A DNA stretch of 64,000 nt, from positions 1 to 64,000 of the IMG/VR virus record IMGVR_UViG_3300032050_000004. One strand, 5' to 3'. Below are positions 38,654 to 49,237 of the stretch, in pieces. The stretch's first letter is position 1; each line of letters begins with the position of its first letter. The notes beneath the pieces are model-generated. The model was not told the DNA's origin, did not search any database, and saw only the letters and a program-made list of their open reading frames with translations. A program made the translations under genes and the position numbers.

Positions 38654-39484
38654 ATGAAAAACACAGAAATCTACAATGAATTAGTCCAAAAGATGAGAGA
38701 ATTCTTTTTGGCAAAGAACTTCAAAGAAGTTCCTGCACAGTCACGTCTGTCAATTTTAGCAGCGTGTGAAAATCCACATTCAGTAAAAACATTTGAATAT
38801 GGTGGTTTATTATGGCCCTTACCACAAACAGGTCAAATGTGGTTGGAATATGAACTTCTTAAAAATCCAGATTGGAATGGTGTTTTTTGTATTTCTACTT
38901 CTTATAGAGAAGAAAAAAATCCAATTCCCGGAAGACATGAATTGATTTTCCCAATGTTTGAATTTGAATCTAAGGGTGATATGAAAGTTCTTTTAAAATT
39001 AGAGAGTGAATTATTAGCACATTTAGGATTTGATTCTCCAATAGAAGTTAATTATGAAGATGTTTGCGAGGAATATGGTGGAGTAAAAATTTTAGAAAAT
39101 GAGCATGAAACAAAAATGTGGGAAGAAAAAGGATCTGTAATTTCACTTCAAAATTTCCCTTTAAGAACAAATCCTTTCTGGAACATGAAACATAATTCAG
39201 AGGGTATTTTCAATAAAGTCGATGTTATATTATACGGTCAAGAGACAATAGGATCTGCAGAGAGAAGTTGTGATGTAGAAAAAATGAGAGAGATGTTTTA
39301 TACCATTGAAAATGGTGGTTATTGCAATAAACTTTTTGAATTATTCGGTAAAGAGAGAGTAGAAAATGAATTAGAAGAGTTCTTAAATTTATATTTCTTT
39401 CCGAGATTTGGTGCTGGAATTGGTATGACTAGATTGGCAAGAGCATATCAATTAATGAAGGAAGAGAAATTAGTTATGGCATAA
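38654..39484 (+). CDS. Class II aaRS (Asn/Asp/Lys) catalytic-domain-only paralogue, asparagine-synthetase/EpmA-like
   Basis: Motif 1 MREFF...F.EV; motif 2 YREE...RH...F.M.EFE; motif 3 RFGAGIGMTRL; 276 aa with no anticodon OB domain. Confidence 0.85.
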   Translation: MKNTEIYNELVQKMREFFLAKNFKEVPAQSRLSILAACENPHSVKTFEYGGLLWPLPQTGQMWLEYELLKNPDWNGVFCISTSYREEKNPIPGRHELIFPMFEFESKGDMKVLLKLESELLAHLGFDSPIEVNYEDVCEEYGGVKILENEHETKMWEEKGSVISLQNFPLRTNPFWNMKHNSEGIFNKVDVILYGQETIGSAERSCDVEKMREMFYTIENGGYCNKLFELFGKERVENELEEFLNLYFFPRFGAGIGMTRLARAYQLMKEEKLVMA

Positions 39485-39534
39485 TAAATAATCCCCCCCA
39501 AGAAATTGGGGGGTTTTTTTATCTATTTATTTGT

Positions 39535-40104
39535 ATGAATTTATTGCGTAAAAAAATTAAGGAGATTATTCAGGAAATTTATTTGAATGAATTTACTGAC
39601 GATGAATATGCAACTATAAAATCCCAATATTCTGATAAAAGAATAATTTTAAGTCATGAAAATGAAATTGACTTTTATCCAAGAGATGAACATCAAAGAA
39701 TAACTTATAAACCCAAAGGTTTGTGGTATGGATTCGGAACTTCTTGGCTAGAGTGGGTCAGATCCGAAATGCCAGACTGGGAAAAAGATTATAAAAGTAT
39801 TTTCTTATTGGAAATTAATGAAAGTTCGGTTTTAAAATTAAGCAGTAAGGAAGAATTGATAGAATTTACTAAAAACTATTCTCCTTCACACAATTCAATA
39901 GGACCATCTTCAACATCTTATTCTGAAAGAAATTTGATTGATTGGTCAATGGTTGCAAATAAATATGCTGGCATAGAAATAAATCCTTATATCTATTCAG
40001 CAAGGATGGATGAATTTACAAATTGGTATTATCCATGGGACGTTGCTTCAGGATGTATTTGGAGAAAAAGTGGTATAAAATCAATTAATAAAATTGATTT
40101 ATAA
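39535..40104 (+). CDS. Tagged protein with conserved KP.GLWY / IDW..VA.KY.GIEI / WDVASGCIW domain
   Basis: Tag LRKKIKEIIQE; TATTTAT at 39524. Confidence 0.6.
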   Translation: MNLLRKKIKEIIQEIYLNEFTDDEYATIKSQYSDKRIILSHENEIDFYPRDEHQRITYKPKGLWYGFGTSWLEWVRSEMPDWEKDYKSIFLLEINESSVLKLSSKEELIEFTKNYSPSHNSIGPSSTSYSERNLIDWSMVANKYAGIEINPYIYSARMDEFTNWYYPWDVASGCIWRKSGIKSINKIDL

Positions 40105-40105
40105 T

Positions 40106-42514
40106 TTATTTTTCAATAACAAATCTTGATTGAAGAGTTTTTTCATCACCCAATATTACTAATTGATATAATCCATTACTTAATTTATTGAGGTCAAAAA
40201 CTAAATAATTTATATCTTTCAATAAATTTAAATTTTGACTAAACACCTCTCTTTGATTAGTATCATAAATTTTTAACAAATAATTTTCTTCTTTTTCACT
40301 AAAAATATTTATTTGAACTAGACCGGTAGAAGGATTGGGAAATAATTCCAAATGTTCTTTTGGGGTACTTTTTATTTCTCTGCAACTAAAATTTATAGGT
40401 AATGCTTTATTGAAACTTTGACCACAATCGTTTTTACTTTTTACTCTAATTCCATTTGTAGAATTTGAACCGAAATTTACATTTACATTTGTAAATGGAG
40501 TTGTCAATTTATTTGTGGTGGATGTAATTCCACCAGCAGTTATAGTTGATCCGAAAGGAGCTATCCACTCGTAATTAATTGCATTATAAACTGGTAGAAT
40601 TGAATATTGAACATTTTGTTGACCGGCACATGGATTTGCATTTCCTGTAATTACTCCGGGTAATTGAGGTATTGATTTTATTAATTGAATTCGATTGCTA
40701 CTAGATCCACATACATTACTTCCGTTTACTTGCAATGTAACATCAGTAAAATTATTATCAAAATTGATATAGACGGAATCTGTTCCTTGTCCAAATGCAA
40801 TAATTCCTCCATTACCTATAAAACTCCAATTATACTGAACTCCTCCAACTTCATTTACGCTATAAATCTCAGCAGAATTACAAACTCCATAAAAATTGCC
40901 TTTAATTTTACTCGGAGTAGATGGTGCAGTTTTTACCCAAACAAAAAGGGATTCAGCAGGAGAAGTTCCACAAGAGTTATTTGCTGTAACTACCAAATGT
41001 CCATTGGTAGTTCCAGCATTTACGCTAATTGAATTTGTATTTGAATTTCCGACCCAACCACTAGGTAAAATCCAAGTATAAGAAGTTGCTCCGGGAACAG
41101 CAGTACAAGTATATGTAGCTGTATTACTAATATTTAAACAAATAGTTCTCGGTCCTAATATTGTATCTGGTTTAGTTGGACATGGTAAACAAGGCGACAA
41201 ACAACTTGATGTGTTAATGTTGTTTAACATTAAATTTGTTGGTTGTGGACCGAATCCGTTATTAAAATTAATTCCAACACTACTTAACAAATGACAATAA
41301 GACATTATTGTTCCACCATTGCTTGGTATTGGTCCCACTAAACACGAACCACTAGAATAACCAGCTGTTGGACCACATCCATCTATTGCGGTGTTATTAC
41401 CATTCCAAACACAATCATGTGTGTGTCTTGAACCTAATAGATGACCTTGTTCATGACTTAAAACATTTACTGTCCAAGAATAAGTTGGAACCACTTGATA
41501 AGTTGTATTGATATCGGAATATGCCATTTTGTATCTCGATTGAGATGAGCATAAGCCATCGACGTAAGCAATTCCTCCACTACCTGTATATCCAACTAAA
41601 TGTGCAAGATCACCATTGAAAGAAGTTCTATAGTTTCCAAATTGATTTAAGAAGTCACCAGTACTTGGTCCTGTATAAGGATCTGTTGTTGTCCAAACGA
41701 AAATAGTTGATAAATTAATATTTATTCCATCGTTTGCATACAGTGTTGCAACTTGGTTAAAAGCTCCTTGAATATATGTGTTTACGTTTGCAACATTTCC
41801 TTTATTTAAAAAAATATCATAATCAACCTCATAATAAAAATCTACACAATTTATTGAAGTCGTATTTATTGGATATTTAGATATTTGATTATTTGAAATT
41901 TTTCCGGGAACATTCAAATAATCACAATTATAATTTGGGATGTCGACTAAATTTACATCTCCATACATAATATATCGATCTTCTTTTAATAATTTACCTA
42001 TTGTTACATTATCAAAATCGTCGCTATAAAATCCAATAATTTCATTATTAGAAAATGTAAATGATGCAATTGAATAATAATTTCCATTCACTATGCCACG
42101 ATAGTGAACAATAGTATCTTTAATTTCAAAACAAGAGTTTTTATCTGTACTTAAATAAAAATCATCAGATAAAATATCTGTTTTATATAATAATAATTCA
42201 ATACAATAATTTTCTACTACAGGTATTTTTAATCTCAGTAAATCAGGTTGAGATTCTATTATTTGATTTTTTACAGAGTTGTCAATGCTTAATAATGTAT
42301 AATCTCCAAGTTCATTGAAAATGTTTTCTGGCTCTCTTTCCCTAGACAATTGAAAGGGTTCAAAAGTTTGAAAATAATTATTTGCATCTACCAGAGTATT
42401 AATTTTCTTTGACACTTGTCCAATCTGTTCTCTATCTTTAGAATATGAATCTATTGGTAAAAAGACAATAAATATCCATGCAATTAAATTGCTAAGAAGA
42501 CTAAAATTTTTCAT
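40106..42514 (-). CDS. Secreted M12/reprolysin-like zinc metalloprotease with PKD-like repeats and a T9SS type A C-terminal domain
   Basis: Signal peptide; HEQGHLLGSRH followed by Met-turn IMSY; three Ig-like repeats; CTD LFPNPSTG...YDTNQREV...LNKLSNGLYQL...RFVIEK. Confidence 0.88.
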   Translation of the reverse strand: MKNFSLLSNLIAWIFIVFLPIDSYSKDREQIGQVSKKINTLVDANNYFQTFEPFQLSREREPENIFNELGDYTLLSIDNSVKNQIIESQPDLLRLKIPVVENYCIELLLYKTDILSDDFYLSTDKNSCFEIKDTIVHYRGIVNGNYYSIASFTFSNNEIIGFYSDDFDNVTIGKLLKEDRYIMYGDVNLVDIPNYNCDYLNVPGKISNNQISKYPINTTSINCVDFYYEVDYDIFLNKGNVANVNTYIQGAFNQVATLYANDGININLSTIFVWTTTDPYTGPSTGDFLNQFGNYRTSFNGDLAHLVGYTGSGGIAYVDGLCSSQSRYKMAYSDINTTYQVVPTYSWTVNVLSHEQGHLLGSRHTHDCVWNGNNTAIDGCGPTAGYSSGSCLVGPIPSNGGTIMSYCHLLSSVGINFNNGFGPQPTNLMLNNINTSSCLSPCLPCPTKPDTILGPRTICLNISNTATYTCTAVPGATSYTWILPSGWVGNSNTNSISVNAGTTNGHLVVTANNSCGTSPAESLFVWVKTAPSTPSKIKGNFYGVCNSAEIYSVNEVGGVQYNWSFIGNGGIIAFGQGTDSVYINFDNNFTDVTLQVNGSNVCGSSSNRIQLIKSIPQLPGVITGNANPCAGQQNVQYSILPVYNAINYEWIAPFGSTITAGGITSTTNKLTTPFTNVNVNFGSNSTNGIRVKSKNDCGQSFNKALPINFSCREIKSTPKEHLELFPNPSTGLVQINIFSEKEENYLLKIYDTNQREVFSQNLNLLKDINYLVFDLNKLSNGLYQLVILGDEKTLQSRFVIEK

Positions 42515-42625
42515 TATTAAAAATATTAAATTATTAAATACAAATATACAAATACAAATTCAAACAAAGAACAAATGAAGTTCTAAGTTACGACACATAT
42601 ATAATGAAAAATACCCTAAAAAAAA

Positions 42626-42925
42626 TTATAACGATTCTTCTCCAGAACCAGAGTTGTTCTCGTTTTTGTTTTTAGAAGTCAGATATTTGTCGACAGATGC
42701 AATTCCGAATGCACCTAGTGTAATCCACAAAAATCCGTCATAAATAAATTCATTAATGTGTAATTGTTGTCCCATTGCTCCTGTAACTATGTCTACAACG
42801 AAGCAAACAACCATCATGATGAAAGAACTAAATCCAACAACTGATTTTTCATTAATATCGTTGTCATCCATAAACATTTTCTTGAAGAAGTTTTCTACTT
42901 TCTTCTGATTTTCTTTAGTAGTCAT
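42626..42925 (-). CDS. Two-TM membrane protein
   Basis: Two hydrophobic helices; late-type motif upstream. Confidence 0.55.
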   Translation of the reverse strand: MTTKENQKKVENFFKKMFMDDNDINEKSVVGFSSFIMMVVCFVVDIVTGAMGQQLHINEFIYDGFLWITLGAFGIASVDKYLTSKNKNENNSGSGEESL

Positions 42926-42991
42926 TGTGTTTTGTTTTGTTTTGTTTTGTTTAAATAAATATAGAGAAATAATTAAAAAAAAATATGTAAA

Positions 42992-43618
42992 TTAAGCAGA
43001 GTAGCCAAATTCCATAATACTATCTCCGTTACCGTAAATGTTTTTTGCTTTTACTTTTTTAGACAATATTTTAAAATTATTACCTAAATGTGCTTTTCCG
43101 TGATCGACAGCATATTGCCTTACAGTTGTAACCCAGTCTCCATCATTTATTACAGATAGTTTTTCATCTTGTTTTGGAGTTTCCTTGAGTCTTTTTAATT
43201 CATCATAAATGAAATCATAATATTGGGAAGAATTTTGCCAATTACCTACACCATTGGGTAACTTTCCATATTTAAGTATAAAAGCTTTATGTTTTTCTAA
43301 TTCATCTATTTTTTCCGATATTGTCAAAATTCTTGGAATAGATCTATAAATAGTAACAGTAGCATTGGGTTTATCTTTCAAAGATTGAATTATGCTTACT
43401 GCCAATTGATCGTTTGGATCTCCTGTACCAAAATATCTTGCTGCATTCGAAGTGTAAATATCTTCACCAAAAGAGTTGGTCATATTATAAATTGGACTGG
43501 AGTATGAATCGCTGGCATGTGGTGCCTGATGTTCTCCTCTATAATCAAAAGGTCCAAGATTACTATAAACTTCTTTTATAGTAGAACGTATTAAATTTAT
43601 TAATTTAATTTTAGACAT
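42992..43618 (-). CDS. Tagged protein with TIYR...GDWVT...YA domain (possible ART-like fold)
   Basis: Tag LINLIRSTIKE; VTIYRSIP, INDGDWVT..RQYA..HG, GDSIMEFGY. Confidence 0.5.
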   Translation of the reverse strand: MSKIKLINLIRSTIKEVYSNLGPFDYRGEHQAPHASDSYSSPIYNMTNSFGEDIYTSNAARYFGTGDPNDQLAVSIIQSLKDKPNATVTIYRSIPRILTISEKIDELEKHKAFILKYGKLPNGVGNWQNSSQYYDFIYDELKRLKETPKQDEKLSVINDGDWVTTVRQYAVDHGKAHLGNNFKILSKKVKAKNIYGNGDSIMEFGYSA

Positions 43619-43647
43619 CTCAAATAAATAGTGTCTTAAATATTAAA

Positions 43648-44028
43648 TCAATATGTGCTCAAGTTAAATTCCTGAGAATAATTTCCGGATGTTGATAGTA
43701 TTATACAACGATAATTTCGGTATGGAAACAAGGAATTATAATCAACATAAGTTGTAATTGGGGTATTAAAAAACATGGGGGTAACAATTTTCCACCATCT
43801 TCCATTTATAAATTCTGTTCCAAAACTATTATCTTGAACCAATAAATAATAACCATTGTTTTGTGGACAAAAAAGATAAAAATTAACCCTTACAATAGCT
43901 GGTGAATAAAATTTATTAATAGTATAGTTATTGTAATCTACTCTTTCGTTGCAATAATAATCATCATCTATGTAACATGAATTTACAAACACAGATAAGA
44001 ATAATAATATACCAAATAATCTTTTCAT
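43648..44028 (-). CDS. Lipoprotein
   Basis: MKRLFGILLFLSVFVNSC. Confidence 0.6.
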   Translation of the reverse strand: MKRLFGILLFLSVFVNSCYIDDDYYCNERVDYNNYTINKFYSPAIVRVNFYLFCPQNNGYYLLVQDNSFGTEFINGRWWKIVTPMFFNTPITTYVDYNSLFPYRNYRCIILSTSGNYSQEFNLSTY

Positions 44029-44062
44029 TTTTTTACTAAATATAACTATAAAAATAAAAAAA

Positions 44063-44329
44063 TCATCTAATAGTATCTCCTTCTTGCCAGTAACTGGAAA
44101 GCCAAGTTGGAATTTTCACATAAACATATCTTTTCTTTTCATAGTTATACATAGAGACATTAGAGAAATTTTTATCACCTTCATTAATGGATATGATTAC
44201 ATATTCTCTGTATTCATCTACCCTGAATTCATCTAAAAGTTTATTTGATGTTTTTAACCCTTTAGTATCTCTACAACTAAAAGAAATCAATAAAAAAATA
44301 AAAAAACTTATTAATATTTTGTATTTCAT
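44063..44329 (-). CDS. Lipoprotein
   Basis: MKYKILISFFIFLLISFSC. Confidence 0.6.
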   Translation of the reverse strand: MKYKILISFFIFLLISFSCRDTKGLKTSNKLLDEFRVDEYREYVIISINEGDKNFSNVSMYNYEKKRYVYVKIPTWLSSYWQEGDTIR

Positions 44330-44527
44330 TTTGAATAGATTTGATAGAATTTAGGACAATAATTTGTTTAAGTAAGTATGATTATGTGATTGATTTACAA
44401 ATAAATAGTTTAATATTATAATTATTTCCAAAATAAAATGATATTTATAGGTGTCAAATTTGGGTGAACAATAGTTTATTGTAGGCGAATAGTTTATTAT
44501 CTTTGACTAAACTTTAAAAAAAAGACC

Positions 44528-45388
44528 ATGAAAAACAAATTAATTCTTTTCGGCTTAATTACTATGATTTATAGTTGTGGGCCAGATTATAAACTCGAAG
44601 TTGAAAATTTAAAAAACGAACAAGACAGTTTATTATCTATTCAAATGCAAAAGGATTCTCTTATGAATTCTTATATAAATGATTTTAATGAAATACAATT
44701 AAGTATAGAATCTTTAGCTCAACAAGAAAAATTACTGGTTGAACAATCTAAAAGCAATGAACTTAAGCTAGATGCAAAAACTAAAATATTAAACAACATT
44801 GAATCATTTAGAAAGATTATTGATCAGAATAAGAATAAAATTTCATCACTTCAACGAAAAATTAAGAATTATAGTTTAAAAATTGATGAGCTAGATAAGA
44901 TGATAGCAAATTTAAATTTACAACTATTAGAGAGAGATTCTAGCATAGCTTTATTATCTGAAAACATAAATAAATTAAACTCAAAAATTGCTAGTGTTGA
45001 ATTAGAACTCACAAATTCAAAGAATGATAATGAGCAAAAGAAGCAAGAAATAGCTGACAAGACAATAAAATTACACACTGCTTATTATACAGTTGGTACT
45101 TACAGGGAATTAAAAGACAAGAAGGTATTATCTAAAGAAGGTGGTATTCTAGGTTTAGGTTCCAGCAAATCTTTCACTAGTGATTTGAATAATGAATCAT
45201 TTACAAAAATTGATTATACCTCTACTAAATTAATAGATATTATTTCTAAGAAAATAGAGATAATTAGTATACACCCATCTGATTCCTACAAAATAATAAA
45301 CAATGGCAAACAAATAATGGCTATTGAAATATTGGATCCGGAAAGATTTTGGCAAGCATCTAAATATTTAGTGGTTGTCAAAAGTTAA
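44528..45388 (+). CDS. Bacteroidota coiled-coil lipoprotein (Cbp1-adhesin-like)
   Basis: Lipobox IYSC; long coiled coil; AYYTVGT..ELK...V..KEGG.LG and HP..SY...D...FW..SKYLVV tail. Confidence 0.65.
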   Translation: MKNKLILFGLITMIYSCGPDYKLEVENLKNEQDSLLSIQMQKDSLMNSYINDFNEIQLSIESLAQQEKLLVEQSKSNELKLDAKTKILNNIESFRKIIDQNKNKISSLQRKIKNYSLKIDELDKMIANLNLQLLERDSSIALLSENINKLNSKIASVELELTNSKNDNEQKKQEIADKTIKLHTAYYTVGTYRELKDKKVLSKEGGILGLGSSKSFTSDLNNESFTKIDYTSTKLIDIISKKIEIISIHPSDSYKIINNGKQIMAIEILDPERFWQASKYLVVVKS

Positions 45389-45773
45389 AATAAAAAAAAT
45401 TTTTTTTATCCCCCCTACACAAAATAGGGGGATTTTTTTTTGATATTTATTTCCGTGAACGAATTTTTAAGAACAAAAATCAGAGATATAGTTTATAATG
45501 ATTACAATCATTTGATAATTGATTCTGCCAGATATCTAGAGTTCGAGGATTTAATTATAAAAGAATTATATCACAACCATTATTTAGAGGAAGGTTTTTC
45601 AATTGAAACAATTGTAAGGTCAATCTCTAATAATATAAAAAAATATTAAATTCAAATTATTTGGTTTTTATTGATAATCAATATTTTATGTAAAACTTTG
45701 ATTTTCTGTAAAAAAACAATAATTTTGGGTTCATATTTATAATCAATTTACAATCAAATTAAAAACATTTAAG

Positions 45774-46895
45774 ATGAAAAAACTTATTTTATTATTATTT
45801 GCATTTTGTCTATATCAAACTGCAAATGCTCAAACAGAAACCCTTGTATTAAAGAAATTTGACAAATGGTCATTTGGTTTTAACATAGGTGCAACAAACC
45901 CTAATTCTGACGCAACAGACAAAAAAACTTCTTTTAATGTTTTGAGTCCGAAATTTGCCTATGGATTTACACTCAGCAAACAGATTTCTCATTTCAGTGG
46001 ATTTGAAATTAATTACACTACTGGGAAAATGGGAGTTGACTATTCTCCATATACATTCGAGTCTAAATTTCAACAGATTGACGGGAGATTTAGATTAAAC
46101 TTTACAAATGGTCAAATATTAGCTAACTACAAAAAAACTCAGATATACGGATTTGTAGGTGTAGGTATGATCAACTATCAAACCTCATTGTTTAATGATT
46201 CCTCTGTAACAGAGTTAAAATCTGACTGGGTACACGTTATTCCATTTGGTTTCGGTTTTAAGAAAAGGATGGGACAAAAATCATCTTTGAATCTTGAATT
46301 CGCATATAATGGGATGAATACAGACATTTTAGATGGAAATAAAGTTGCTGGTAGTGAAAAAGACGGATACACAAATGTTAAGTTGGGATATCAATATACT
46401 TTTGGAAAGAAAAAGAAACCACTTGAGTGGGATGAGCCATTATCATATTTTAAACCACTTGCTGAACACAGTGTTGATACTTTAGTTATCATAAAAAAAG
46501 AAACTGTAGTTGTTGGTGATACATCTGGAAAACAACCGATAAATTCTTTGACTATTTTTTACGACACTGGTGATCATTTGATAAATGGAATATATTCTCA
46601 GGACCTTAATAAGATTTTAAGTCAGCTAAAACAAAACAAAGATGGCTGGATAGAAATTCTTGCTTTCTGTGATTCCACTGGCTCTGAAAAGACCAACAAC
46701 AAACTAGTAGTGCAGAGATCAAGAATTATAAAAGATTATTTTATAAATAACGACATTGATGATGATAGAATCAAGGTATATAATTATGGAATGGAGTTTG
46801 CAAAAGATCCCATACTGTCAAAAGATAGAAAGGTTATCATTAGATATTGGAAAAGCCTAGGAGAAAAAACCAACAGCAGTTGGTACAGAAAATAA
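45774..46895 (+). CDS. OmpA-family outer membrane protein (beta-barrel plus peptidoglycan-binding domain)
   Basis: Signal peptide; beta strands ending KLGYQYTFG; C-terminal FYDTG...FCDSTGSEKTN.KL..QR..I..YF...DRKV. Confidence 0.8.
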   Translation: MKKLILLLFAFCLYQTANAQTETLVLKKFDKWSFGFNIGATNPNSDATDKKTSFNVLSPKFAYGFTLSKQISHFSGFEINYTTGKMGVDYSPYTFESKFQQIDGRFRLNFTNGQILANYKKTQIYGFVGVGMINYQTSLFNDSSVTELKSDWVHVIPFGFGFKKRMGQKSSLNLEFAYNGMNTDILDGNKVAGSEKDGYTNVKLGYQYTFGKKKKPLEWDEPLSYFKPLAEHSVDTLVIIKKETVVVGDTSGKQPINSLTIFYDTGDHLINGIYSQDLNKILSQLKQNKDGWIEILAFCDSTGSEKTNNKLVVQRSRIIKDYFINNDIDDDRIKVYNYGMEFAKDPILSKDRKVIIRYWKSLGEKTNSSWYRK

Positions 46896-47475
46896 AAATT
46901 GATTGTTATTGATTATTTGATTTAAATTGGTTCGAATAAAGGGTGGAATTCCACCCTTTATTTTTTTATATATTTTATTATTTTTTTTAAATGTTTTTAT
47001 TAAATGAAATTATAAATACCAATAAAAGTGAATTAAAAATATCTGAAATACTTTGTCTTTATGACATCGATCATAATTGTGAATTCAAGAAAGGAGATTT
47101 AGTCTATTTTGATGATTATGAATTATTGGATTTATATAAATTTTTTCAAACCTTGAAATATGAAGGTAATAATTATCTTGATTTTATCAATTTTGGTGCA
47201 TTATTTAACTTATCCAAATCCATGTTTGATTACATAAATTGTATCGGTGAAATAAAAAAAATTTCTTTTAATAAGTTAAAATACACAAAAGGGAAACAAT
47301 TGAAAAAAAAATATACTGTTGAAATAAATTATCCAGATGGTAAAGTTCTAAAGTTCAACAATATAAAATATCTTAAAATCTTTCCAAATCTGTAATTGAT
47401 TTAGTAAATTTGAACTGTTGCCTGTTTATTTGTTTTTGAAAAGGACCGGGAGTTAATGCTTTCTCCCGGTTTTTT

Positions 47476-47504
47476 TGTAACTTTATTTCAACTATTTACG
47501 TTTA
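47476..47504 (+). promoter_or_regulatory. Class-3 ECF-like promoter TGTAAC-N17-CGTTTA
   Basis: Directly after a terminator and 5 nt before an ATG; second copy (N16) at 55939-55966. Confidence 0.5.
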
Positions 47505-47509
47505 AAGTT

Positions 47510-47605
47510 ATGATAAAAGTTCTAAAAAAAATCTACCGTTATCTTGAATTCATTGAGAATGAAAGAATTAAAGCTATGATCTATTCTGGTCGTGGCTGGG
47601 GTTGA
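47510..47605 (+). CDS. 31-aa small ORF (not in the track)
   Basis: MIKVLKKIYRYLEFIENERIKAMIYSGRGWG, lying between the class-3 promoter and the next gene. Confidence 0.45.
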   Translation: MIKVLKKIYRYLEFIENERIKAMIYSGRGWG

Positions 47606-47617
47606 TAAAAAGAAAAT

Positions 47618-48379
47618 ATGCACAATTTTAACGATTTCGATCAAATAATCAACAAGGTTGATTTATTTGTTCTTGAGCCTTCATTTTCTCAAGAAAAATC
47701 AAGAAGACTTAATAAACTACCAAGTGATTATATTGATGATAGGGGCATTTTAAGATTATGTTCTTATCTCATAGCTTTTAGCCAAAATTCAAATTCTGAA
47801 TTAGTTGATAAACTCATCAAGTCCGGAAACATTGATAAGGTTTTTCAGAACTTTGAGATCGATGAAGTTATCAAAATGAATCCTTGTGATATTGTTGAAC
47901 AGCAATGGGATTTGATTAAAGTTATGAGACAACAGGGTAAAATTTTTCACATTATCATGTTGGCTAGAAAAATTAAAAAAATAGGTAATTTATCAGATAT
48001 TTTTAACAATAACAGAATACCAAAAAGAATAGAATCAAAATCTGACATTGAAGAATTCTGGAAAGGATTTAATGAATTACAGAATATATTAAAAGATAAT
48101 AAAATTCCTTTTTTTCAATCAACTACCTCATTACTTCATTTTTTATTAGAGAGTGGATATGATTGTGTAAAGCCAGATCTTGTTGTAATGAAGGTTGGTA
48201 AAAAATTAGGAATTGTTGAGAGCGTAGAATCAGATGAAAATTTGAGGACAGTTGTAAGAACAATACAAGAATATTCTCTTGATCGTGGATTACGTCCCTC
48301 AGTAGTTGATTTTTATTTTTTAATTGATGAAGGTCAAAAATGGGCTAAGAATTTCGTCAGAAATGAGTTTTATAAGTAA
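47618..48379 (+). CDS. HhH/3-methyladenine-glycosylase-like DNA-binding or repair protein
   Basis: TSLLHFLLESGYDCVKPDLVVMKVGKKLG (KPD motif) and a helical N-terminal half. Confidence 0.5.
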   Translation: MHNFNDFDQIINKVDLFVLEPSFSQEKSRRLNKLPSDYIDDRGILRLCSYLIAFSQNSNSELVDKLIKSGNIDKVFQNFEIDEVIKMNPCDIVEQQWDLIKVMRQQGKIFHIIMLARKIKKIGNLSDIFNNNRIPKRIESKSDIEEFWKGFNELQNILKDNKIPFFQSTTSLLHFLLESGYDCVKPDLVVMKVGKKLGIVESVESDENLRTVVRTIQEYSLDRGLRPSVVDFYFLIDEGQKWAKNFVRNEFYK

Positions 48380-48382
48380 TAT

Positions 48383-49237
48383 TTAATTTTTTATTTTAAT
48401 TGCTATAGAATTTAATCTTTCTCCTTTTATGTTTACATAACCCTTTTGACCTAAATTATAGTTTAATTCATTATATTTATCATCGTTCATCAATTGATGT
48501 TCGTAAATAATTATTTCAGGATGTAAATGATCATATTTAATTATTTCATTAACAATATCAAAATCAAGACCCTCTAAATCTAAGTGAAACCACCTTGGTT
48601 TATAATTTTCCAGTATTGAAAATACGCTTTCTGAATCTATTTTTTGTTCAATAAAATTATCAAAAGACATAGCTGAGTTTTTGGCCTGATCTAATAAAGT
48701 TGTGCTGCAATATCCTCCACAATTTTGCTCTGCAAAAAAACTAATTTGACCACCGTTTGTCGTTAAAGCTTTATTTACTATTTTAACATTTTTTTTATTT
48801 ATATAAAATGAATTCAATTCTTTAAAAGCATAATCTAAAGGTTCGAATAAAATAGCATTTAATTTATTATTTAAAATCATATCAACCCATTCTCCACTTG
48901 TTCCATCATGAGCTCCAGCAACTACACCTAATGCGTTGTTGTTTATATGTGACCAAATATCAAAATAATTTTGTACTGTATCACCATCAACAAAATTATC
49001 CACATCTCTTTTTAAGAGAATATTTTCATTTTTATCTGTTATTACAACATAGCATTCCTCTAGAAAACTATGACTTTGTGCCCACATATTAGCTATCATT
49101 TCTACTTCCCAAGTAATTTTATTGCTTATTCTATTTATAGCTTTAACTTTTATTGGATAAATATCTATACCATAACTATCTTTTGTTTCTATTCTAACAC
49201 CTCCGGTCAAAATTGAATAGTAATTTATTAGTTTCAT
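48383..49237 (-). CDS. FkbM-family methyltransferase with N-terminal extension
   Basis: VAGAHDG, ILFEP, NKALT, HLDLEGLDFDIV, PEIIIYEH. Confidence 0.8.
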   Translation of the reverse strand: MKLINYYSILTGGVRIETKDSYGIDIYPIKVKAINRISNKITWEVEMIANMWAQSHSFLEECYVVITDKNENILLKRDVDNFVDGDTVQNYFDIWSHINNNALGVVAGAHDGTSGEWVDMILNNKLNAILFEPLDYAFKELNSFYINKKNVKIVNKALTTNGGQISFFAEQNCGGYCSTTLLDQAKNSAMSFDNFIEQKIDSESVFSILENYKPRWFHLDLEGLDFDIVNEIIKYDHLHPEIIIYEHQLMNDDKYNELNYNLGQKGYVNIKGERLNSIAIKIKN

